DNA of 64,000 nt from an uncultured Gammaproteobacteria bacterium (lineage in GTDB: Bacteria > Pseudomonadota > Gammaproteobacteria > JACCXJ01), in contig CAVXTM010000010.1 in the NCBI GenBank assembly GCA_963764725.1, forward strand, positions 64,001 to 128,000, written 5' to 3'. This document shows, one piece after another, positions 1 through 8,978 of the stretch (its first letter is position 1; every line of letters begins with the position of its first letter). Made by a program: the position numbers and the translations under genes. A model generated the notes under the pieces. It did not search any database. It worked only from the letters and a program-made list of their open reading frames with translations, and was not told the DNA's origin.

Positions 1-98
1 TTCCTCCGCTTTCCGATGAGCGCGCCGGTCCAGGTGCCTGGAAGGTCCGTGTTAAGCTTTGCGCTCGCACCGCTGTTTAACACAGAACAACAAGCCTC

Positions 99-1463
99 AT
101 GTCGTCCACCCGCTCAGAACCGACGGCGAGCATCGCGGCCCGCTGCATAGAACGGCTGCCATTATGCGGCTTTCATCGGAGGTTTATCGCGCTCATTTCC
201 TTGGGCGGCTGGTTCGATTTCTACGATATCTTCATGATGGCCTACCTCGGTGCGGCCTTGCAGCACTCCGGTTTCCTCACGCTCACGGAATTCAGCTACG
301 TCATCGCTGCCGGTTTCTTAGGGATGTTCGTGGGCACGATCATTTTCGGCATGGGCAGCGATGCCTTCGGGCGCCGAACCTCCTTCACGCTTATGCTTTT
401 GATCTACTCGATCTTTACCCTGCTCGGCGCGTTCGCTCCCGACGCGTCGACGCTGATCGCGCTGCGCGGGCTCGCAGGCATAGGCATAGGCGCGGAGCTT
501 GTTGTGATCGACACCTATGTGACCGAGATCGTGCCGGGCCGAGCGCGAGGCCGCTACATCGCGATCACTCAACTAATAGGCTTTACCGCAATCCCGGTCG
601 TGGCCTTACTTTCGAAGCTCTTGGTGCCGACCGAGTGGTGGCTGGAGGGCTGGCGTTGGGTGATGGTGATCGGTGGTCTAGGTGCGGTTTTCGTCTGGTA
701 TCTGCGGCGCCGTTTACCGGAATCGCCGCGTTGGCTGGAGTCGACAGGCCAGCTCGATCAGGCGGAAGCAATCATGCACGCCATCGAGAATGAGGTCGAA
801 GACGAGCTCCGAGAGCCCTTGCCCAAGCCGCAAGTCTTGCCAGTGCAAAAACGCTCGCGCCTGCCGCTGTGGGAGCTGTGGCAGCCTGCATATCGAGGCC
901 GTACTACAATGCTGATGGTCTTCCATCTGCTTCAGACCATCGGGATCTATGGATTCGCAAATTGGGCTCCTACCTTTTTACTCGCACAGGGCAAAACACT
1001 CGGACAGTCCTTAGAGTACGGTTTTCTCATTGCTCTCGTCAGCCCCGTGGGACCTTGGTTGGGCGTCATCACGACTGAACGTGTGCAGCGCAAGCGCATG
1101 ATCGTCGTGCTTGCGCTCCTGATGGCCGGCTCCGGTCTGATGTTTCCGTTCGCGCGCGATGCCTTCGCTATCGTGGGCATCGGTGCCTTGCTGACGATAT
1201 TTAGCTACTGGTTCTCGGCGGTATTGCATGCGTATCAAGCAGAGTTGTTTCCCACCCGCGCCCGGGCGACCGGCGTGGGGTTTACATACAGCTGGAGTCG
1301 ATTGAGCGCGGTCTTCTCTACCTTGATCGTAGGCGCACTGCTGGGTCACGGGGTGCTTGCGGTCTTTATCTTCATGGCAGCCGCGATGATCGGTGTCGCC
1401 CTGGTCGTTGGCCTGTACGGCCCTAAAACCAACGCACTAGCCTTGGAAGAAATCTCTGTTTGA
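99..1463 (+). CDS. MFS transporter (aromatic acid/sugar porter-like)
   Basis: 454 aa, ~12 hydrophobic segments, FDFYD in TM1, GSDAFGRR motif A, PESPRWL, AELFPTRARATG. Confidence 0.9.
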   Translation: MSSTRSEPTASIAARCIERLPLCGFHRRFIALISLGGWFDFYDIFMMAYLGAALQHSGFLTLTEFSYVIAAGFLGMFVGTIIFGMGSDAFGRRTSFTLMLLIYSIFTLLGAFAPDASTLIALRGLAGIGIGAELVVIDTYVTEIVPGRARGRYIAITQLIGFTAIPVVALLSKLLVPTEWWLEGWRWVMVIGGLGAVFVWYLRRRLPESPRWLESTGQLDQAEAIMHAIENEVEDELREPLPKPQVLPVQKRSRLPLWELWQPAYRGRTTMLMVFHLLQTIGIYGFANWAPTFLLAQGKTLGQSLEYGFLIALVSPVGPWLGVITTERVQRKRMIVVLALLMAGSGLMFPFARDAFAIVGIGALLTIFSYWFSAVLHAYQAELFPTRARATGVGFTYSWSRLSAVFSTLIVGALLGHGVLAVFIFMAAAMIGVALVVGLYGPKTNALALEEISV

Positions 1464-1497
1464 TGAGTACGGACTGTATGGACTGATAAAGCCGAAC

Positions 1498-1581
1498 TTT
1501 TTTAAGAAAGGTCTCGGCGATGTCTTTCCCGATGCCGCTTTCGGCACCCGTTATCAGCGCCACTCGGCCTTTCATGTGCAT
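1498..1581 (-). pseudogene. N-terminal fragment of a short-chain dehydrogenase
   Basis: Minus strand reads MHMKGRVALITGAESGIGKDIAETFLKK (TGxxxGIG Rossmann motif), then loses similarity. Confidence 0.65.
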
Positions 1582-2084
1582 TGTACCGCGACGGCAAGAG
1601 CATCTGGCGCCAGGGCCTCGACGCGGTCGGAGGAATAGATGTGGCGGTGATCGAGATCGAACGCTCGGCGCTCCCCGAGACGACGGTCTACCGCGCCTTC
1701 ACGCCCAAGCACCTGTGCGGTACGCTCGACCAGCTTGAGGTCGGCACCTCGCTACTGGTGGTCGGTTTTCCGCTGGGCTTCCACGACACGTTGCACCACA
1801 TGCCCGTGGTGCGCCACGCGGTGATCGCGTCTTCGTTCGGCCTGCGTTTTCAGGGCGAGGGCTACTTTCTCACCGATGCGCGGATGCACCGGGGTACCAG
1901 TGGCGCGCCCGTCGTGATGCGCGTTTCCGAGCGAGATCCGATGCACGGCGACCTCCCGTGGATACTGCTAGGTGTACACTCGGCGCGGCTCGATGTGGGT
2001 ACGCGTGACCTGAAAATGGACGAGGCACTGGGGCTGAACTGCGCTTGGTACGCCGACATCCTGCTAGCACCCACCGAACGGTGA
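1581..2084 (+). pseudogene. Trypsin-like serine protease domain, N-terminally truncated
   Basis: IDVAVI (catalytic Asp), VVGFPLG, RGTSGAPV (catalytic Ser); His region missing, ORF starts at the junction with the SDR fragment. Confidence 0.7.
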
Positions 2085-2095
2085 CTGTGTCCGCT

Positions 2096-2147
2096 CGGCA
2101 TTGATGTCACGCTCGGCCCCTTCGGTAAGGACAACGGTCCATTTCAA
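2096..2147 (-). pseudogene. ParE/RelE-type toxin, first ~17 codons only
   Basis: TTG overlapping the antitoxin stop reads MKWTVVLTEGAERDINA, typical of a ParE N-terminus, then truncated. Confidence 0.55.
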
Positions 2148-2368
2148 GGCAAGTTGCGCTCAATGCGCTTCCTCACCGCCTCCCACGGCTGCGCGTTGAC
2201 AGCATCCTGCTCGTAGGTCTCCATGCGACGATCGAGTTCTGCCGCTTGCGCCGGCGTAATCGGTAAGTCATCTTGCTCCAGGCTATCCCACAGCGCTTCG
2301 ATCAGCGCGAGACGCTGCTCGGCTGTAAGTTTGGCGATTTGCTCGGGAGAAAGGATGCTGGTGCTCAT
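2144..2368 (-). CDS. Addiction-module antitoxin (TIGR02574-like)
   Basis: 74 aa, LTAEQRLALIEALWDSL...ELDRR...PWEAV; GGAG RBS upstream of ATG at 2368. Confidence 0.85.
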   Translation of the reverse strand: MSTSILSPEQIAKLTAEQRLALIEALWDSLEQDDLPITPAQAAELDRRMETYEQDAVNAQPWEAVRKRIERNLP

Positions 2369-2488
2369 CGAATAGACTCCTTTGCTAGACGGACATCGGC
2401 CGATCTGCATGCACGCCGGTCTCTTACCGCACTTTAGGGAAAGGAGCAGTCGCGGCCTGCGGCGGAAAATTCCGGCCGGCCAGTTCTA

Positions 2489-3583
2489 CTAACGATCTAC
2501 CCGTAGGCCGTCCACCCGCACCGTGGTGGCCGGATCGTTGCGGTCATCGCGCCAGTTTGGGTGATGGAAATGGATGACGTGATCGCCATTGTAGGAAGCC
2601 ACGCAGTTATCGAAAGCAATCTCGCCAATCTTCCGCCAGTCTTCGACGATGACCCGCTTTAGGGCGGATAATCCTTTGGTGTGGCCACGGTTGGAAACCA
2701 AGATGTCGAAGCGGAGCGTACGTTTCGGTTGCGGATCGCCGCGATCGAAAATGTGCGCATAGATTTCGTCGCGGAAATCGAGATCGTCGCCACCTTCGAT
2801 GCGAGGCTGGCCTGGCGTCATCTTCAGCTGCATGAACTCGGGTGCCGCGGTTGGCTCGTTATCGGGTTTACCGAGCTCGGCGATTTCATGCAGCTGGCGC
2901 ACGTCGTGGACTTTGTCTACCGAGCGGAAGACCATGAGCTGACGGAGCAAGGTGAGCACTTCCAGGCCGCGGCGAAATGAGGTGGTGTTGGGAGCGTTGC
3001 GCATACCCGCGTCGTTGAGGTATCGCGTCCGTTCGTTGCCGAAATCCTCCTGAGTAAAGAAATGCGCCGGGAAGAGGGGATGGGAGTGGTTTTCATCGGT
3101 GGTGGGAAAGATCTTACCCACAAGGCTGAGCGACTTCGACTCCCCCCGCCGGGTTTTTGTGTTCGGCGAGAAGCGGGCGAGGGTGAGACCCCGGCTCCCT
3201 TTCTTAAAGTATCCGGAGTAGGGGTTGTCCTCGACGATCTCCCACTGGCCAAACAGACAGATGCCGTTGGGGTGCAGGATGCGGCGGAAACCCTTTTGGT
3301 CTTCGCCCCAACGCAAATCCGCCCGCGAGTCAACGGTGCGTGCCGAAGCTGCGCGAAGCTGATCGGCACGTCCGCCGGGCAAAAGGCCCTGATAAGCCTG
3401 GCCTATGGTAGCATTGTAAACGGGGAAGGGCGCGTTTCCGTCGGCTCCCCAAACCTTCTGGTAGGGATTCTGGAACAGGGCGCCTTTGAGGTCCGCGTAG
3501 CGAGAACCTGTGTAGTTTCTATCTTCATCGGTCAGTCCCTGAGAACCGTGAAGTTTGGAAAGGGAAAAAGGGCAGGCGGACAT
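2489..3583 (-). CDS. Catalase-like fold protein (catalase-related, truncated type)
   Basis: RRILHPNG distal-His-like motif, ARFS, SLVGKIF, HFFTQ; start MSACPF with GGAGAG RBS. Confidence 0.6.
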   Translation of the reverse strand: MSACPFSLSKLHGSQGLTDEDRNYTGSRYADLKGALFQNPYQKVWGADGNAPFPVYNATIGQAYQGLLPGGRADQLRAASARTVDSRADLRWGEDQKGFRRILHPNGICLFGQWEIVEDNPYSGYFKKGSRGLTLARFSPNTKTRRGESKSLSLVGKIFPTTDENHSHPLFPAHFFTQEDFGNERTRYLNDAGMRNAPNTTSFRRGLEVLTLLRQLMVFRSVDKVHDVRQLHEIAELGKPDNEPTAAPEFMQLKMTPGQPRIEGGDDLDFRDEIYAHIFDRGDPQPKRTLRFDILVSNRGHTKGLSALKRVIVEDWRKIGEIAFDNCVASYNGDHVIHFHHPNWRDDRNDPATTVRVDGLRVDR

Positions 3584-3787
3584 GACTCTCTCCCCGATTT
3601 GCGATATAGACGAAAAGCATAAAGAATCCAGTACCATTTCTCAACCGCTCCGATCTCGGCCCTATTTGCGTTGCTGTACATGGCGCCATTCTCAGTGGGG
3701 AAACACAAGTCTGGCTCATCACAATATGGGGTGCTGCCGACCGGAGGAGTCATTCACACCAACATCGTGATTCACCTCAAAGCGGAC

Positions 3788-3843
3788 GCTGAACGTCCCG
3801 GTTCAGCGGCGGCACGTGAGCGCCGTCCGCTGCAACCGGTTGT
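3788..3843 (-). other. attC site, R'' interrupted by an intron
   Basis: Minus: [..A]|AC aaccg GTTGCAGCGG..CCGCTGAACC gggac GTTCAGC; paired L boxes with one extrahelical base. Confidence 0.75.
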
Positions 3844-3940
3844 GTACGCCCGACATGAGCATGAACTGATGGGGTGAAAGTCCCCTGTAGGAGTACCTGT
3901 AATGTCCACGTGGTGGACGACTATAACTACTAGCCGACGG
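3844..3940 (+). mobile_element. 5' fragment (domain I) of a group IIC-attC intron
   Basis: Begins right after TTGT on the attC bottom strand: GTACGCCCGACATG...GGGGTGAAAGTCCCC...AACTACTAGCC; truncated at ~3940, no RT gene. Confidence 0.7.
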
Positions 3941-4140
3941 TGGCGGGCGGCCTCCTCATAGGGGCACTCATTCTCGCCATGCCGACGGTGACGAGCAGCT
4001 CACTGCTGATCCTGATGGGACAGTGGTTGCTCTATGGCTACCTGGGGCTCTGGTTGAGTGCCGGCCTCTGGTGGATACTCTCTTTCGTAAAAACCGGCCC
4101 TGGATCCAAGGGCACAGACCCCCATAAGGGAACGCTATGA
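3940..4140 (+). pseudogene. 3' fragment of a membrane protein gene
   Basis: Two hydrophobic helices, begins abruptly at the intron truncation, stop overlaps the next ATG (ATGA). Confidence 0.45.
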
Positions 4141-5210
4141 GTATGAAAAAAGTGGATTTGGCCAAGATCGCGTTCGGCATGCTGTTTCTCGGCATGCTCA
4201 TCGTCTCGTGCTTCATGGTACTCAGCCCCTTCCTGCCCGCCCTGGTGTGGGCCACCATGATCACCATTGCCACCTGGCCCCTGATGCTGATGGCGCAGCG
4301 GTGCCTGTGGGGCAAACGTCTCCCGGCGGCCCTCCTCATGTGCCTCATTCTGCTGCTGATCTTCGTCATTCCCCTCTTCATGGCGCTGACCAATGTGGCG
4401 GAGAAGGCACCCATGCTGATCGAGCTCGGCACCACCATCAGCCATTCGCCGCCCCCCGAGCTACTCTGGTTGCAACAGGTCCCTGTGGTGGGTACCAAGT
4501 TGTTCGAGTTCTGGCAACAGATCCTGGCCAGCGGTGGCCAACTGCTGTTTACCAAGCTGGTCCCCTATCTGGGACAGACGGCTCGCTGGCTCGCGTCTCA
4601 GGCCGGCAACCTGGGGCTCTTGTTCGTCCACTTCCTGCTGACGGTATCTATTTGTGGCGTGCTCTACCACTCAGGCGAGATGGTCGCGACCGGTATCCGC
4701 CGCTTTGCCCACCGCCTGGCGGGAGAGCAGGGTGACAACGCCACAGTGCTGGCCTCCCAGGCCATCCGCGCCGTGGCCATGGGCGTCGTGGTGACGGCTC
4801 TGGTGCAATCCTCGGTAGCGGGTCTGGGTCTGCTGATTGCCGGCATCCCCTACACCATGGTGCTGATCGTGGTGATGTTCCTGCTGATCGTGGCCCAGAT
4901 CGGCCCCTTTCCTGTGCTGCTGAGCTGTATCGGTTACCTCTACTGGAGCGGTGACACCACCTGGGGCACCTTCCTGCTGGTGTGGTCGCTGATTGCGGGC
5001 ACCATGGACAACTTCCTGCGTCCCTTCCTCATCAAGCGGGGGGCGGATCTGCCACTCATCCTCATTCTGGTGGGGGTTATCGGCGGCCTGTTGACCATGG
5101 GGATCATAGGCCTGTTCATCGGCCCCGTGGTGCTGGCTGTGGGCTACACCCTGCTCGATGCCTGGATCAAGGAGGGCGAGGGTCAGCCCGAGCCGACCCG
5201 CTCCGACTAA
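4137..5210 (+). CDS. ydiK: AI-2E family transporter, YdiK-like
   Basis: 357 aa polytopic; PFLPALVWATMITIATWP, DNFLRPFLIKRGADLPLILILVGVIGG, GLFIGPVVLAV. Confidence 0.85.
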   Translation: MSMKKVDLAKIAFGMLFLGMLIVSCFMVLSPFLPALVWATMITIATWPLMLMAQRCLWGKRLPAALLMCLILLLIFVIPLFMALTNVAEKAPMLIELGTTISHSPPPELLWLQQVPVVGTKLFEFWQQILASGGQLLFTKLVPYLGQTARWLASQAGNLGLLFVHFLLTVSICGVLYHSGEMVATGIRRFAHRLAGEQGDNATVLASQAIRAVAMGVVVTALVQSSVAGLGLLIAGIPYTMVLIVVMFLLIVAQIGPFPVLLSCIGYLYWSGDTTWGTFLLVWSLIAGTMDNFLRPFLIKRGADLPLILILVGVIGGLLTMGIIGLFIGPVVLAVGYTLLDAWIKEGEGQPEPTRSD

Positions 5211-5402
5211 GCGATCCGCTGACTGAAAACCATGAGAGAATTGGGAGCAACACGGGCGCTGATCAGCGGTGGCGCCATCGTCCCTGAATACCTGTCCTTC
5301 CTTGACGGCCATCGGTGTTGATAGCCGCGGCTGCGCCACTCCCGGTAAAACCCCGGCAACCACGCGTCGAAAGCGCGAACGTCCCTCCCGAGTCCGGAAG
5401 CA

Positions 5403-5482
5403 GCAGCCCCGCAGCTTGCTGTCGATGGAGAGATTGAAAAGGGCGAGATCTCGAACACGCTCGGCCAATTGCAGTCGGGATC
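5403..5482 (-). pseudogene. Tyrosine recombinase fragment (box I region)
   Basis: RLQLAERVRDLALFNLSIDSKLRGC. Confidence 0.6.
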
Positions 5483-5720
5483 CAATGGCGGTATTCGCTG
5501 GAATCACCACTGGGTCAACGTCTCCATTACCTGCGCCGGAGAATACGTCGGACTCGAAGAGATCGATGATGGGGTATGGAACGTCTACTTCGGGCCTCTC
5601 AAACTCGGAAGACTATTAGAAAAACACATGCGTATCGAGGATGCCTTCGGAAGACTAATACGACATAATGTGTAACCCATGTCCCCAGACTTTTTTGTTA
5701 CCTATCTCCCCGACCGCTCA
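5483..5720 (+). mobile_element. IS481-family remnant: transposase C-terminus and right end
   Basis: NGGIRW..VGLEEIDDGVWNVYFGPLKLG; tandem subterminal repeats TGTAACCCATGTCCCC / TGTTACCTATCTCCCC ending ..GACCGCTCA. Confidence 0.75.
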
Positions 5721-5745
5721 ATCCTCGCTGACGCTTCAACGCCTC

Positions 5746-8091
5746 TCACTCCAGACTCACCTTGACCGCGTGGATCCTGCCCGTGAATGGGAACGGTCGC
5801 TTCTCGAAGTAGTCGAGTGAGACGGTGGAACCGAGGTCCACACCGACATCGAACGTCTCGCTCGCGGAGAAAGCGGCAGGAACGGTGCGCTGGAGTTCTG
5901 CTCTGCCCACTTCCTTGCCGTCCACCAACAGCGTTGCGGTGCCGTCCTGCCCAGGAGCACTGATGCGAGTGATGACCTCGATCTTGTGTTTGCCGGGGAG
6001 GATCGGTGACGCACTCTTGGCGCTGTACTGCTCGATGATCATCATGTTGTAGAGGTAGACGACGTGTCCCTGGTCCATGTAGACCGTGACACCACCGCCA
6101 GCTCCACCGAGCGCGTAGATTACGCCGTTTGCGCCAGCCGGCACGTCGAGATCGATCTCGACCTTGTTGCTCTGGCGTCCGATGCCGGGGGCGGTGAACT
6201 CGGGCATGCGGCGGGTGTTGGCGTTGAAGGTCCAGCCCGTGTAGGGAGTGGAGACGCGGTCCTCGGGGTGGAGGCGCAGCCAGTTGCCGGCGCCGATCGG
6301 GAAGGCCTTGTTGTCCTCGGCGAGCTTCAGGAATTCCGCCTTCAGCTCGGCCAGCTTGCCGGGATTATCCGCGGCCAGGTTTTTCGCCTGCGAAAAGTCC
6401 TCTGCCACGTGATAGAGTTCCCACTCGTCGGTGGCGGAGTCCCACTTGGCGATGCGCGGCGCGGAGGCCGGTGTGTTCCAGGGGAGCAACGGCCCGAACG
6501 CGCAGGCGAGCCAGCCGTCCTTGTAGATCGCGCGGCTGCCGTTGTTGTCGAAGAACTGGACGTCTTTTTTCGTCTCGTTGCCGCCCCGGGTGAAGGTGTA
6601 GGCGAGGCTGGTGCCGTCGATCGGCATCTGCTCCTGGCCGTTGACGACCTTCGGCGGGTTAATGCCGAGGATCTCGTAGAGCGTCGGCGCGATGTCGATG
6701 ACGTGGTGGAACTGCGAGCGCATCGCCTTGTCCGGCTTGATGCCCTTGGGCCAAGAAACGACCATCGGATTGCGGGTGCCGCCGAAGTGGGAGGCCACCA
6801 GCTTGGTGGCCTTGAACGGCGTCGAACCCGCCCAGGCCCAGCCTGAGTGGTACATGTTGTCGGTCTTCGGGGAACCGAGCGCGTCGAGCCCGCCGAGTTT
6901 TTCGAGCGCGGCGAGCTGCTGTTCGACGGTGTTGGGGATGTTGTTCTGCGCGAGCAGCTCGCTGATCGATCCCTGCTGGCCCTCGGCGGACGATCCGTTG
7001 TCGCCCCAGATGTAGAAGATGAGCGTGTTGTCGCGCAGGCCGCGGTCTTCGAGTCCCTGCACCAGGCGCCCGACCTGCAGGTCGGTGTGCTCGACGAAGC
7101 CGGCGAAGAGCTCCATGCCGCGGCGCTGGAAGGCGCGTTGGTCTTCCGGGATGTCGGCCCAGGCGGTCATCGTCTCGTTGCGCGGGGTCAGCCCGGTGCC
7201 GGGCGGGATGATGCCCATTTCGAGTTGGCGCTTGTGCACGCGCTCGCGGTAGGCGTCCCAGCCGTCATCGAACTTGCCTTTGTATTTGTCCGCCCACTCG
7301 GGCCAGATGTGGTGCGGACCGTGCGCCGCGCCGGGTGCCCAATACATCAGGAACGGCTTGTCCGGGGCGAAGGACTGGCGCTGGTCGAGCCAGGCGAGCG
7401 CCTTGTCCACCATGTCTTCGGTGAGGTGATACTTCTCGTCGTGCGGCGGCTCGACCGTGTCGTAGTTCTCGACCAGCCGCGGCTCCCACTGCGAGGTCTC
7501 GCCGGCGAGGAAGCCGTAGAAATACTCGAATCCGTAGCCGTTCGGCCAGCGGTCCTTGGGGCCGATCGCGGTGGTCTCGGTGGCGGGCGTGTTGTGCCAC
7601 TTGCCGAAGGCGGAGGTGTGATAGCCGTAGTGCCTGAGCACTTCGGCCACCGTGGCGGCCTCCTTCGGGATGACGCCGGTGTAGCCGTCGAAGGCGACCG
7701 CGCGTTCGGCGATGGTGCCGGAGCCGACGCGGGTGTGGTTGCGCCCGGTCAGCAGCGCCGCGCGCGTCGGCGAGCAAATGGCCGTGGTGTGAAAGGCGTT
7801 GTAGCGCAGCCCCTCGTCGGCGAGCTTGGTCAGCGTCGGCGTGTGGACCTCGCCGCCGAAAGTCTCGGCCACGCCGAAGCCGACGTCGTCGATCAGCACG
7901 ATCAGGATGTTCGGCGCGTCGGCGGGGAGACGCTGCGGGTGCTCTGGCCATTTCATCTCCGAGTCCTGAAGCCGGGGCGCCGCTTTTCCGGCCATGGGGA
8001 CAGGAGGGAACGGAAGAACGTCCTGAGCTCGGGCGTTGTGCGCTGAGATCAGGGCAAGGAGTATCACGATTGCAAGCGGTACTCTCTTCAT
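5746..8091 (-). CDS. Arylsulfatase (formylglycine-dependent, signal peptide)
   Basis: 781 aa; PNILIVLIDDVGFG, CSPTRAALLTGR, GKWH, GDNG; N-terminal signal peptide. Confidence 0.93.
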   Translation of the reverse strand: MKRVPLAIVILLALISAHNARAQDVLPFPPVPMAGKAAPRLQDSEMKWPEHPQRLPADAPNILIVLIDDVGFGVAETFGGEVHTPTLTKLADEGLRYNAFHTTAICSPTRAALLTGRNHTRVGSGTIAERAVAFDGYTGVIPKEAATVAEVLRHYGYHTSAFGKWHNTPATETTAIGPKDRWPNGYGFEYFYGFLAGETSQWEPRLVENYDTVEPPHDEKYHLTEDMVDKALAWLDQRQSFAPDKPFLMYWAPGAAHGPHHIWPEWADKYKGKFDDGWDAYRERVHKRQLEMGIIPPGTGLTPRNETMTAWADIPEDQRAFQRRGMELFAGFVEHTDLQVGRLVQGLEDRGLRDNTLIFYIWGDNGSSAEGQQGSISELLAQNNIPNTVEQQLAALEKLGGLDALGSPKTDNMYHSGWAWAGSTPFKATKLVASHFGGTRNPMVVSWPKGIKPDKAMRSQFHHVIDIAPTLYEILGINPPKVVNGQEQMPIDGTSLAYTFTRGGNETKKDVQFFDNNGSRAIYKDGWLACAFGPLLPWNTPASAPRIAKWDSATDEWELYHVAEDFSQAKNLAADNPGKLAELKAEFLKLAEDNKAFPIGAGNWLRLHPEDRVSTPYTGWTFNANTRRMPEFTAPGIGRQSNKVEIDLDVPAGANGVIYALGGAGGGVTVYMDQGHVVYLYNMMIIEQYSAKSASPILPGKHKIEVITRISAPGQDGTATLLVDGKEVGRAELQRTVPAAFSASETFDVGVDLGSTVSLDYFEKRPFPFTGRIHAVKVSLE

Positions 8092-8127
8092 GTGCGTTTA
8101 CCTTGCAAGGAGTAGATAAACTTGGCC

Positions 8128-8213
8128 AGCTAACGTTCGCCATAACCGGCGGGATTGGGCGACGCGCCGAAGGCGCGTTGACCAAGACCGTCCGCGTTAT
8201 GGCGTTGTTATGC
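8128..8213 (-). other. attC site
   Basis: R'' GCATAAC, L'' CCATAACGCGG, L' CCGGTTATGG, R' GTTAGCT; central hairpin. Confidence 0.85.
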
Positions 8214-8220
8214 GTATTGT

Positions 8221-8751
8221 TCATTGCGCTGGATACGGCAGTGTTTGGAGCACTTTCAGCAGTCTAAACTCAACTCGTTCTCGGAGCGCTTGATCTTTCT
8301 GGCACTCGCGAAGAAAAGACTCCGCCCCGATAACAACATCATTGACGAACGACTTCGTTCCGATCAGAACTAGGCGCGGCTCAATGTCGGGGTTGTGCTC
8401 GTGCTTTCCACCATCATGGTATCCGAACTTGATTGTGTCAGGATCCTCATCATGTAACTCGGCATCTGAACCGTACGTGTGTAGAAAAGCGCACCGCGCG
8501 GCGTAGACGTCCTTGCCGCGATAGTGATACGGCTGATCGGCATGCGCTTTAAGGTACTTCTCTACCCATTCCTTGAAATCTGCGCGAGTAACCTTCTCTT
8601 TGTCAGCCGGTCGTGCGAGATTGGCAAGAGCATCGATGCAAATGAACGCCATTGCGATGGACGCGGTTGTAACCCCGCATTCGTCACAGCGCTTCAACTC
8701 GGCTACCAGCCCAGTAATGGCTTTCCAGTTGTTGTTGGAAGCTACGGCCAT
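8221..8751 (-). CDS. Hypothetical integron cassette protein (176 aa)
   Basis: Bounded by GTTATGC (8768-74) and complementary GCATAAC (8207-13); YAARCAFLH resembles an Rx4-6H HEPN-like motif. Confidence 0.75.
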   Translation of the reverse strand: MAVASNNNWKAITGLVAELKRCDECGVTTASIAMAFICIDALANLARPADKEKVTRADFKEWVEKYLKAHADQPYHYRGKDVYAARCAFLHTYGSDAELHDEDPDTIKFGYHDGGKHEHNPDIEPRLVLIGTKSFVNDVVIGAESFLRECQKDQALRERVEFRLLKVLQTLPYPAQ

Positions 8752-8767
8752 GCTGTTTCTTCAATAC

Positions 8768-8845
8768 GCATAACGCCGAAGCTCAGCCGACCGCTTGCCG
8801 TAGCGAAGCGAAGGCAAGTGGGTCGGCTGGAGCGCCTGTTTGGGC
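8768..8845 (-). other. attC site
   Basis: R'' GCCCAAAC, L'' GCTCCAGCCGACC, L' GGTCGGCTGAGC, R' GTTATGC. Confidence 0.85.
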
Positions 8846-8978
8846 AAAAGCCGAAGTCCTGCTCCTCAAAAAGCATTCCCCATAGAATAAAACACCCTCG
8901 GCTCGTCCCCACCGGGCTTCTTGAACATTGGATTGAAACGACCACTTCGGGTCGTCTCAATCCTTATAGGGTTAGGCA

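Noticed and set aside
6064-8224. Long alternative ORFs overlapping the sulfatase (260, 399 and 319 aa)
   Set aside because: Shadow frames of a GC-rich gene with no motifs; the same applies to similar ORFs over lon, the DASS transporter and gldG
8846-8977. Complete attC after the HNH-like cassette
   Set aside because: Only R'' (GCCTAAC) is present, with no paired L boxes or R'; treated as a deletion junction
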